Shown here in pieces: positions 29,130 to 38,939 of a DNA stretch of 64,000 nucleotides (position 1 is its first letter; the number at the start of each line of letters is the position of its first letter). The notes below the pieces were generated by a model. It saw only the letters and a program-made list of their open reading frames with translations. It did not search any database and was not told the DNA's origin. Source of the stretch: an uncultured Desulfarculus sp. (GTDB lineage Bacteria > Desulfobacterota > Desulfarculia > Desulfarculales > Desulfarculaceae); NCBI GenBank assembly GCA_963665125.2, contig CAXXUK010000001.1:3072001-3136000 (forward strand). Direction: 5' to 3'. The position numbers were made by a program, and so were the translations under genes.

Positions 29130-31379
29130 ATGAGTAGTTGGCATAAGACGGGCTGCGTGCTTTGCGCCCAAAACTGCGGCTTGGAGATTTTGGTCGAAGA
29201 CGGACGCATGACCAAAGTCAAGCCGGACAAGGACAACCCGCGCAGCAAAGGCTATGCCTGCCGCAAGGGCCTCAACGTGATCTACCACCAATACCCGGCC
29301 GACCGCCTGACCCAGCCTCTCAAGCGGGTGGGCGACAAGTTCGAGCCCATCGGCTGGGCCCAGGCCATTGATGAGATCACCGATAAGCTGAAAGGCCTAT
29401 TGGCCGAGCACGGCCCCCGCTGCCTGGCCTACATGGGAGCTTCGGCCCAGGGCGGCCATATGGAGGGCGCATTCGGCGTGGGCCTGATCCGGGCCCTGGG
29501 CTCGCAATATTTCTACACCTCGGCGGGCCAGGAGTTCAGCGACCCGTGGTGGGTCAACGGCCGCGTGCTGGGCAAGCAGTACCTGATGCCGGATACCGAC
29601 GAGCACCACAGCGAAATGCTGGTGGCCTGGGGCTGGAACGGCATGCAGAGCCACCAGATGCCCCGGGCGCCCATCACGCTCAAGGAATTCAGCAAAGACC
29701 CGGACAAGACCCTGGTCTGCGTGGACCCCCGCAAGAGCGAAACCGCGGCGATCGCCAACCTGCACATCGCCGTCAGGCCGGGCACCGACTCCCTGTTCAT
29801 CAAGGGCCTCATCTCCCTGATCATTGAAAAGGGCTGGGAGGCCAAGGACTACATCGCCGAACATGTCCATGGCTGGGATGACATAAAAGGCTGGTTCGAA
29901 GGATTCGACTATCGCGGGGCCTTTGAAGTCTGCGAGGTTGAATATGAACAGGCCCTGGAATTCGCCAAGCTGCTGACCACCAAAAAGTGGTGCGTGCACC
30001 CCGACCTGGGCATGTACATGAACCGCCGCAGCGCCTTGAGCAACTATATGCTGGCGGTGCTCATCGCCGTATGCGGACGCTACTGCGTGCCCGGCGGCAA
30101 CGTCATCGCCGGCATGGTCATGCCCCTGGGTTTCCACGCCGATGAACGCAGCGACAAGGTCTGGCGAACGGTGGCCACCGGTCTGCCCCCCGTGGCGGCC
30201 GGCAGCTTCCCCCCGGCGGTGATGCCCGAGGAAATCATGAGCGGCGACCCCCGGCGCCTGCGGGCCGTTTTTGTCAGCGCCTGCAACCCCCTGCGCTCCT
30301 ATCCGGACACCACGGCCTATGAAGAGGCCTTCGGCAAGCTGGACCTGCTGGTGGTCAACGATATAGTGATGAGCGAGACGGCCCGGCTGGCTCACTACGT
30401 GCTGCCCTGCCGCACTTTCTACGAGTCGTGGGACACCACCTTCTTCCCCCTGACCTATCCCGAGGTTTACATGCAGGTCCGGGGGCCCATCCTGCCCCAG
30501 CCCGACCTGTGCCTGGAGACGACCCAGATCACCACCCTAATCGCCGACAAGATGGGCATCATCCCGGATATCCCCAAGGAGATCCAGGAAGCGGCCAATG
30601 ACGCGGCCGACGGCGACAGGCTCACCTTCGGGGCCAAGCTTATGGAATGGACGGGCCAGGAGCCGGGGGTCATGAAGGCCATGCCCTTTGTCCTGGCCAA
30701 GACCCTGGGCCGGGTCTGGAACTCGGCCGCCTTGGGGGCCCTGTGGGGCATGCTGATGACCGCGCCAAAGGCCTTCCATAAAAACGCCATGCGCGCCGGA
30801 TTTGAAAAGGGCTTTGACCTGGGCGACCGCGTTTTTCAGGCGCTGTTGGACAACCCACAGGGCATGTGGGTGGGCAAGGTGGACGAGAACGAGGCCTTCA
30901 GCGCCTTGAAAACCGAGTCGGGCAAGGTGGAGGTGTTCATCCCCGAATTGGCCGACATGATCAAGGGCCTCACGCCCCAAAGCGAGGCCGCCGATCTGGA
31001 GATGACCCCGGAATACCCCATTGTTTTGCACAGCGGAAGGCATATGAGCATGAACATCAACACGCTCATGCGCAACCCAGAGTGGAACAAGGGCAAGCGG
31101 GCCTGCACCATCGCCGTGCACCCCGAAACGGCGTCCGGGCTGGGTCTGACCGACGGCCAGCAGGTGCGGATCACCACCGAGGCCGGCAGCGAGGTGGGTG
31201 AATTGGAAACCACCGAGCAAATCCGGCCCGGCACGGCCATCGTGCCCCATGGCTTCGGTCTGAACTACAACGGCCTGATCTACGGCGTAAATGCAAACCG
31301 CCTCAGCAAAAATACCAACCGTGATTTCATGGGCACGCCGCGCCACCGTTTTATACCCTGCCGCATCGAGGCAGCCTGA
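29130..31379 (+). CDS. Molybdopterin-dependent oxidoreductase (DMSO reductase superfamily), cytoplasmic catalytic subunit
   Basis: HKTGCVLCAQNCG...YACRKG [4Fe-4S], DPRKSETA, RPGTD, SETARLAHYVLP, C-terminal VHPETA...GL.DG molydop-binding domain; no Tat signal. Confidence 0.93.
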   Translation: MSSWHKTGCVLCAQNCGLEILVEDGRMTKVKPDKDNPRSKGYACRKGLNVIYHQYPADRLTQPLKRVGDKFEPIGWAQAIDEITDKLKGLLAEHGPRCLAYMGASAQGGHMEGAFGVGLIRALGSQYFYTSAGQEFSDPWWVNGRVLGKQYLMPDTDEHHSEMLVAWGWNGMQSHQMPRAPITLKEFSKDPDKTLVCVDPRKSETAAIANLHIAVRPGTDSLFIKGLISLIIEKGWEAKDYIAEHVHGWDDIKGWFEGFDYRGAFEVCEVEYEQALEFAKLLTTKKWCVHPDLGMYMNRRSALSNYMLAVLIAVCGRYCVPGGNVIAGMVMPLGFHADERSDKVWRTVATGLPPVAAGSFPPAVMPEEIMSGDPRRLRAVFVSACNPLRSYPDTTAYEEAFGKLDLLVVNDIVMSETARLAHYVLPCRTFYESWDTTFFPLTYPEVYMQVRGPILPQPDLCLETTQITTLIADKMGIIPDIPKEIQEAANDAADGDRLTFGAKLMEWTGQEPGVMKAMPFVLAKTLGRVWNSAALGALWGMLMTAPKAFHKNAMRAGFEKGFDLGDRVFQALLDNPQGMWVGKVDENEAFSALKTESGKVEVFIPELADMIKGLTPQSEAADLEMTPEYPIVLHSGRHMSMNINTLMRNPEWNKGKRACTIAVHPETASGLGLTDGQQVRITTEAGSEVGELETTEQIRPGTAIVPHGFGLNYNGLIYGVNANRLSKNTNRDFMGTPRHRFIPCRIEAA

Positions 31380-31523
31380 TTTTTCGCCTTTGCCGCGCCA
31401 GGGTCTATACTCGGCGCGGCAAAGGCGGTATTATTTCGCACATCATTAAAAAAACCAAAAAAACCCCAAAAAAAAACGCCCATGGCCTTGCACGGACCTG
31501 GCTGGGTGCTTATCATCGTTGCG

Positions 31524-31550
31524 TTGGCACTCGCACACCAAGAGTGCTAA
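31524..31550. promoter_or_regulatory. CIRCE element (HrcA operator)
   Basis: TTGGCACTC-N9-GAGTGCTAA upstream of groES, one mismatch to TTAGCACTC-N9-GAGTGCTAA. Confidence 0.93.
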
Positions 31551-31635
31551 CAAACTCGGGTAACAGCAATTGGCGCCGCTATTCGGCGCAAATTTCAGAC
31601 AAGTAAACCACATTTTCTCTCAAGGAGAGGCGCTC

Positions 31636-31923
31636 ATGAACATCAAACCGTTGCAGGACCGCGTTATCGTCAAGCGGCTGGAAGAAGAAGAAAAGACCGC
31701 CGGTGGCCTGATTATCCCCGATGCAGCCAAAGAAAAGCCCCAGTCCGGCAAGATCCTGGCCGTTGGCCCTGGCAAGGTTCTGGATAACGGCACCAAGGTC
31801 GAACTCACCGTCAAAGAGGGCGACACCGTGCTGTTCGGCAAGTATGCCGGCACCGAGATCAAGATCGACGGCGAAGAGGTCCTGATCATGCGCGAAGACG
31901 ACATCCTGGGCATCGTCGAGTAA
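31636..31923 (+). CDS. groES: Co-chaperonin GroES
   Basis: [47 protein letters not shown]. Confidence 0.98.
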   Translation: MNIKPLQDRVIVKRLEEEEKTAGGLIIPDAAKEKPQSGKILAVGPGKVLDNGTKVELTVKEGDTVLFGKYAGTEIKIDGEEVLIMREDDILGIVE

Positions 31924-31984
31924 TTACATCCAGGCCCAACGCTATCCTGTTAACCGAAAAAAATAACTCATTGGAGTATGTTAA

Positions 31985-33628
<1,644 letters not shown>

Positions 33629-33660
33629 GCCGTTAGCTGCTACAAAGCCTGATAATCAAA

Positions 33661-33700
33661 TCAAGGCCGCGGTCCCTGTAAAGGGGCCACGGCCTTTGAC
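33661..33700 (+). terminator. groEL terminator hairpin
   Basis: AAGGCCGCGGTCCCT-GTAA-AGGGGCCACGGCCTT; lies between groEL and the convergent NYN gene. Confidence 0.7.
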
Positions 33701-33715
33701 TTATAAAATTAAGAG

Positions 33716-34348
33716 TTAAATTCGCACCGTGCGGACCTCGTCGGCGTGTGCTTTAAGAACGTTCTGAACGTTGCCCAAATCCAGCATCACCACGTGAATG
33801 CCCTCTCTCCTGGCAAATTTCATAGCTGGTACAAAGTCTGAATCATTAGTTGATAATATGATTTTATCGACGATCCGCTTTGCTGCTAACCACGCAATGT
33901 CCAGGCCAATTTTTATATCAACGGCCTTCTGCCTGAAGACAGGCACCACCTCGCTCTCAGAAATGGGAGGTATGCTTTGTCCGTTTTGTGACATCTCACA
34001 GATTTTTTTAAATGCAGATTTATTGATAGCCCAATTTTCAAACTGTAATTGACCGGATCTGAAAGCAAAATTATCTTTGGTCTCCAATGTCGAAATCATT
34101 GTACTGCTGTGTTTATATTGATTTGTTTGGTTAAATCTGACATCTCTTCCAGAAATTGGGTTACGCCTCTGATCACCAAAAGGACGACTGTCATAGTAGT
34201 AAATCCTAAACAACTCTTCTCCATCTTTAACACTTAATTTGGCGTATTTTTCGATGTCTTCCGCACTTGCCTTCTTATTTCCCAACAAGGGATATAAAGA
34301 AAATCTGACATGCCCACCATCCAACAAAACAGCTACTTTTTTCTTCAA
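33716..34348 (-). CDS. NYN domain (LabA/DUF88, PIN-like) ribonuclease
   Basis: VAVLLDGG, FRIYYYD, QKAVDIKIGLD, STNDSDFVPAMKFARREG, HADEV (all catalytic Asp present); AT-rich; likely TTG start at 34348 after GGGGGA. Confidence 0.88.
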   Translation of the reverse strand: MKKKVAVLLDGGHVRFSLYPLLGNKKASAEDIEKYAKLSVKDGEELFRIYYYDSRPFGDQRRNPISGRDVRFNQTNQYKHSSTMISTLETKDNFAFRSGQLQFENWAINKSAFKKICEMSQNGQSIPPISESEVVPVFRQKAVDIKIGLDIAWLAAKRIVDKIILSTNDSDFVPAMKFARREGIHVVMLDLGNVQNVLKAHADEVRTVRI

Positions 34349-34368
34349 AGCTAATCCCCCTAAAGCAG

Positions 34369-34400
34369 AACCCCCAGACCGCCGAAGCGACCTGAGGGCT
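34369..34400 (-). other. RNA hairpin in the NYN leader
   Basis: Minus strand AGCCCUCAGGUCGC-UUCG-GCGGUCUGGGGGUU: 14 bp with 4 G-U pairs and a C(UUCG)G tetraloop. Confidence 0.75.
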
Positions 34401-34436
34401 ATTTTCATGCCGGCCTACCGGCGTTGGATACTTTTT

Positions 34437-34468
34437 CATCATGTCATCATGTCATCATGTCATCATGT
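34437..34468. repeat. Tandem repeat (CATCATGT)x4
   Basis: Four exact 8-bp copies read directly. Confidence 0.95.
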
Positions 34469-34471
34469 ATG

Positions 34472-34500
34472 AAAATACAACACTGCCTAGGTGTTGTCAA
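34472..34500 (-). promoter_or_regulatory. Sigma70 promoter for the NYN unit with overlapping inverted repeat
   Basis: Minus strand TTGACA-17 nt-TATTTT; CAACAC-N7-GTGTTG inverted repeat at 34478-34496. Confidence 0.65.
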
Positions 34501-34556
34501 TGCCAACAAACAATAAACAGCATAGCCCTATATTTAGTATAACTAACTGAAAACAT

Positions 34557-34612
34557 TGGTCAGCAGCAAGAGATTCGAACCCGAAACCTACGGATTAGGA
34601 GTCCATTGCTTT
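34557..34612 (-). pseudogene. Degenerate 3' portion of tRNA-Arg(CCT)
   Basis: Minus strand AAAGCA-ATGGA-CTCCTAA-TCCGT-AGGTT-TCGGG-TTCGAAT-CTCTT-GCTGCTG-ACCA: intact anticodon arm, TTCGAAT loop and CCA; T stem broken; no 5' half. Confidence 0.7.
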
Positions 34613-35031
34613 GCCTAAACGCCTGTTTGCTCCATCCAAAGGGCTCCTGAACGCGGCGATTAGTAAAATAAAATCATGCTAACCGACAAACGGTGACGAC
34701 GCACGTCACAGGGCTCGGGCCTGGATTTAGCCGAAATTAAAAACTGGCACCCATGTCCTTAAAAACCGGGCCGCAGCCTCTTAATTTTAATCCCTCCGGT
34801 GCCATCCGGCCGCAAGCACTCCGCCTTGAAAAAAATTAACACTTGAAATCATTTTTTCCCTGGAACAACCTAGTAAATAGCTAATGATTCCCCCAACAGT
34901 CGTCCAACAGAAATCACACAGTTTTAGCTCGGCCTTATTATTTTTAATAGATATCATTAGCAAATATCATTGATTTCTCACCCCGAATCACCAGAAACCT
35001 GAATTAACGATGTGTAATGGAGAGAGAAACC

Positions 35032-36543
35032 ATGTCTGAAAAGAAAAAAACCCTCACGACTGCCTTTGGCATACCCGTGGGCGACGACCTCAACAGTCTC
35101 ACGGCCGGTCCTCGGGGGCCGGTATTGATGCAGGACATGCACCTGCTGGAGAAGCTGGCCCATTTCGATCGCGAACGCATTCCCGAAAGGGTGGTGCACG
35201 CCAAGGGGGCCGGAGCATACGGCTACTTTGAAGTCACCGCCGATGTAACCAAGTGGACCAAGGCGAAATTTCTATCAAAAGTCGGCAAACGCACCGATGT
35301 CTTCGCCCGATTTTCCACTGTGGGCGGCGAAAAGGGCTCTCCCGACGCAGCCCGGGATCCACGCGGGTTTGCGGTGAAGTTTTATACCGAAGAAGGCAAC
35401 TACGACTTTGTGGGCAACAACACCCCGGTGTTCTTCATCCGCGACCCACTGAAGTTCCCAGACTTTATTCATACGCAAAAACGGCACCCGGCCACCAACT
35501 GCCCGGACCCCGACATGTTCTGGGATTTCCTGTCGCTAACCCCGGAATCGGTGCACCAGGTAACGATCCTGTTTTCGGACAGGGGCACCCCGGCCACCTA
35601 CCGCAACATGAACGGCTACTCCAGCCACACCTACAAATGGTACAACGCCGACGGCGGCTACGTATGGGTGCAGTACCATTTCAAGACGGATCAGGGCGTC
35701 AAGAACTTTGACCGGCACCAGGCCGACGAAATGAAGAGCAAGGATCCCGACCACGCCACCAGGGATCTTTACCGGGCCATAGAGGCGGGGGACCATCCAT
35801 CGTGGACCCTGGAAATGCAGATTCTCACACCGGAGCAGGAAAAGGACTTTGGCTGGGACATCATGGATATCACCAAGGTCTGGCCCCATGGCGAGGTGCC
35901 GCCGATCACCGTGGGCAAACTTGTCCTCAACCGCAACCCGGTCAATTACTTCGCCGAGGTAGAGCAGGCGGCCTTCTGCCCCGGCAATGTCGTTCCGGGC
36001 ATTGCCCTGAGTCCTGATAAAATGCTCCAGGCCAGGGCGTTTTCCTATCATGACACCCATATCCACCGCCTGGGCCCCAACTATCACCTCATCCCGGTGA
36101 ATCAGTCCAAGGGCGCGCCGGAAACGAGCTACCAGCGCGATGCGTTCATGCGAACCGATGACGGCGGAGGCTCCGGTCCCAACTACTGGCCCAACAGCTT
36201 TGGCGGTCCCGGCCCCGACCCGGCGGCTCTGGAACCGGCCATACCGCTGGAAGGCCCGGCCGCCCGGACCCCCTATCCGCACCCCAACGATGATTTCGTG
36301 CAGGCGGGCAACCTGTTCCGCAAGGTGATGACCGATTACGATAGGGACAATCTCGTCGGAAACATTGTCAGCCATCTGGGCGGAGCCCAAAAACGCATCC
36401 AACTGCGGCAATGCGCTGTATTTTACAAGGCAGATGAACAATACGGATCAAGGGTGGCCCAGGGGCTGGACCTCGACTTGGCCGAGGTGAAAAAGCTGGC
36501 CGCCATGTCCCAGGAAGACAGAAGAGCGGCCACGGCCGCATAG
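35032..36543 (+). CDS. katA: Monofunctional heme catalase
   Basis: [54 protein letters not shown]. Confidence 0.97.
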   Translation: MSEKKKTLTTAFGIPVGDDLNSLTAGPRGPVLMQDMHLLEKLAHFDRERIPERVVHAKGAGAYGYFEVTADVTKWTKAKFLSKVGKRTDVFARFSTVGGEKGSPDAARDPRGFAVKFYTEEGNYDFVGNNTPVFFIRDPLKFPDFIHTQKRHPATNCPDPDMFWDFLSLTPESVHQVTILFSDRGTPATYRNMNGYSSHTYKWYNADGGYVWVQYHFKTDQGVKNFDRHQADEMKSKDPDHATRDLYRAIEAGDHPSWTLEMQILTPEQEKDFGWDIMDITKVWPHGEVPPITVGKLVLNRNPVNYFAEVEQAAFCPGNVVPGIALSPDKMLQARAFSYHDTHIHRLGPNYHLIPVNQSKGAPETSYQRDAFMRTDDGGGSGPNYWPNSFGGPGPDPAALEPAIPLEGPAARTPYPHPNDDFVQAGNLFRKVMTDYDRDNLVGNIVSHLGGAQKRIQLRQCAVFYKADEQYGSRVAQGLDLDLAEVKKLAAMSQEDRRAATAA

Positions 36544-36608
36544 GCCGACGGAAAAAGAGAGGGCGGCCCGCGACCGGGCCGCCCTAATAAATTTTACACG
36601 CTTGTTTG

Positions 36609-37523
36609 TCAGTCCTGCCGGTAATAGCCGCTGGCCACGATCAACAGCTCGCCGTCGACCGCGACGCCCATGCAAAAAGTGTATTTATGGAAATACCCGT
36701 TCTGGCCGGGCTTGGTCCAAATATAGCTGACCCATCCGCCGCCACGTTCCTTGGCGAGCTTCACCATTTCCTGCACGACGTTTTTCCCGTCGACGCTCTT
36801 GTAGCCCCAGACGTTTTTCCCGACGATCTGCGGCGTTCCGGGATTGCATAGCTCCAGGCCTTTTTCTGTCATGACAAAGACATAAATATCCCTGAATTGA
36901 TATTTTGATGACTTGTCGTTCAATGTTTCAAAGGCCTTTTTACCGTTCTTTTTGATCAAGGCCACCGCATTTTTTACAAGATCTTCAATAAAGATTTTTT
37001 CTATCTTCAGGTCGTAGGCGCCGCTGGCGACTATATACTGTTTGCCGTGCGGCCCGGTCACCAATACGGCATACGAGGTTTTCCATTCCGGCTCCGTTGA
37101 ACCCGGCCGGGGCCACAAATAATGGATCCATCCCTCATCTTTTCCGTTTTTGCCGGGCTTCAGGCTGTCAACATTCAATTGTACAATGGGTTTGCCCCAG
37201 GAGTCCTGAACTTGCCACAGGGATTTGCCAATGGCGTCAGGAAACGGCGGGTTGACCAAGGCCAATCCGTCAACCATGGTCACGAAAACATATCTGTCGC
37301 CGTTGTACCATTTGCCCCCTTTTTTATTGAGTTCGGGGAAGCAAGCCTCGCCTTTTTGGGCCACCAAGTCCGCCGCTGAACGGACAAAAGCCACCAGTTC
37401 CCTTGTACTGGCAAATTCATATTTTTCACCGGCATCGTCCGCGCAAACAGGGGACGCCAGGCAGAGCACCCCCCAAACTATCAACAAGCCGTATTTAATA
37501 AAAATATTCAAAGTTCGAACCAT
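36609..37523 (-). CDS. Exported stand-alone tandem Cache domain protein
   Basis: Signal peptide; two repeats of YVFV...GK...D..GK..V...GWI/V.Y.W..PG...K..Y/F...V.SG.Y. Confidence 0.85.
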   Translation of the reverse strand: MVRTLNIFIKYGLLIVWGVLCLASPVCADDAGEKYEFASTRELVAFVRSAADLVAQKGEACFPELNKKGGKWYNGDRYVFVTMVDGLALVNPPFPDAIGKSLWQVQDSWGKPIVQLNVDSLKPGKNGKDEGWIHYLWPRPGSTEPEWKTSYAVLVTGPHGKQYIVASGAYDLKIEKIFIEDLVKNAVALIKKNGKKAFETLNDKSSKYQFRDIYVFVMTEKGLELCNPGTPQIVGKNVWGYKSVDGKNVVQEMVKLAKERGGGWVSYIWTKPGQNGYFHKYTFCMGVAVDGELLIVASGYYRQD

Positions 37524-37636
37524 GGTAAGTTAGCGTGTTATTGAACAATAATTCATACCATATCGCATGTATCTGAGAAACGCTTAAGCGCCTTTATTTT
37601 TTAACGCGCAATGGCGGCGCAACCGCCGAAAAAAGC

Positions 37637-38101
37637 CTAGTCTCGTTTGCCACTCAACTGGCTTCGTATCTGCTCCAGCCGGTTGCGATTGACCTTAAAG
37701 TCATAATATCCGACCCGGGCGGCGCTTCTGACGTGAACCATATTGTTTGAAGAATCAACAAGGAACTCCAAATCATCAACAAACCCGAAAACCCTGCTGG
37801 AACATTGGGCGTGGAGATAATTATCATTTTTAATGATGGTTTTGCATCCTGGCATGCCGCTGACGACCCTGTCGATTTCGGTAATAGTCTCGCCGGGGTC
37901 TCCGGAACAGGCAAGCGGGTCGATGTATTGGCCGGGGTCTGTTGCCTGTGAGCTTACGCAATTTGGGCGGTCGGGGCACGGAGCCAGTTTGCCGTTACGG
38001 GCTCCCAGGTTTTCCGGCTTGGTTCCCGCGCATCCGGCCAGGCAAAGGGCCGCCACCAACAACCCAATGCATATTGCCCCAAAAAACAAAATACGCACCA
38101 T
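37637..38101 (-). CDS. DUF1499 family lipoprotein
   Basis: Lipobox LAGC; LAPCPDRPNCVSSQ, FGFVDDLEF, VRSAARVGYYDFKVNRNR. Confidence 0.9.
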   Translation of the reverse strand: MVRILFFGAICIGLLVAALCLAGCAGTKPENLGARNGKLAPCPDRPNCVSSQATDPGQYIDPLACSGDPGETITEIDRVVSGMPGCKTIIKNDNYLHAQCSSRVFGFVDDLEFLVDSSNNMVHVRSAARVGYYDFKVNRNRLEQIRSQLSGKRD

Positions 38102-38111
38102 GTATCACACC

Positions 38112-38801
38112 TCAATAGGCGCCGAGGTTTGCCGCCATTTGCTGGCGCATAAACGCCGCCGCCGATTCGGCCGGAGTGAAAACACCGTAGTGGCCCTCGC
38201 AGAGAATATCCGCTTCAAGGGCCATCAACTTTTTCATGCTTTGTTCGTATTGGCCTAGGTCCGAGCCAAAATCCCGGAAAAACGGGCCGTGCAGGTCCTG
38301 GCCGAAAAGCACCTTTTGCTGTCCGGTCTCCAGCCAGGCGCAGACCGAACCGGGAGTATGCCCGGGAGTGTGCATTATGTTTAAGGTTGTTTCACCCATA
38401 TCAATCTGGGAGTCGCCATTGAGCAGACGGTCCGGCTGTAGAGGAGGCAACTGCATGTTGTACCACCCCGCCGCGCTGCGAACGGGATCGCCGTTGGCCA
38501 GGACATCCGCCTCGGCCGAATGCACCAGGACTTCGCATCCGCAGGCCCGCTTGATTTCCGCCGCGCCTCCGGCGTGATCTATATGGCAATGCGTCAGCAG
38601 CAGATGGGTGGGCGGACCGCCCCCGGCATCCGTGGCCAGCTTGAGAATGCGTGCAGCACTGGGTCCACAGCCGCAATCAATGAGAATTCTTGCCTTGGAA
38701 CCCGACGTGAGGTAGCACAAGCAGTCTCTGGAGTCGCTCAACTCCGGGCCGCCTACCATGTAGACGCCCGGTGCGATGTTTTGGGCTTTATAAGCGAACA
38801 T
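38112..38801 (-). CDS. MBL-fold metallo-hydrolase (glyoxalase II-like)
   Basis: LIDCG, THCHIDHAGG, HTPGHTPGS, LCEGH. Confidence 0.92.
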   Translation of the reverse strand: MFAYKAQNIAPGVYMVGGPELSDSRDCLCYLTSGSKARILIDCGCGPSAARILKLATDAGGGPPTHLLLTHCHIDHAGGAAEIKRACGCEVLVHSAEADVLANGDPVRSAAGWYNMQLPPLQPDRLLNGDSQIDMGETTLNIMHTPGHTPGSVCAWLETGQQKVLFGQDLHGPFFRDFGSDLGQYEQSMKKLMALEADILCEGHYGVFTPAESAAAFMRQQMAANLGAY

Positions 38802-38939
38802 GCACCATCACCGATGTAGGGGAACTTCTAGTAAAAGGGTAGCATGATTATCGGCAAAGGGAACACAACAAACAGCAGGAATAACCGGTCCGGCGCTCCA
38901 TGAGATTCCGGGGCGCCGGACCGTTTTGATTCGGTTTTT

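Noticed and set aside
34437..34468. Tandem repeats as a CRISPR array
   Set aside because: 8-bp units with no spacers, and no cas genes in the window.
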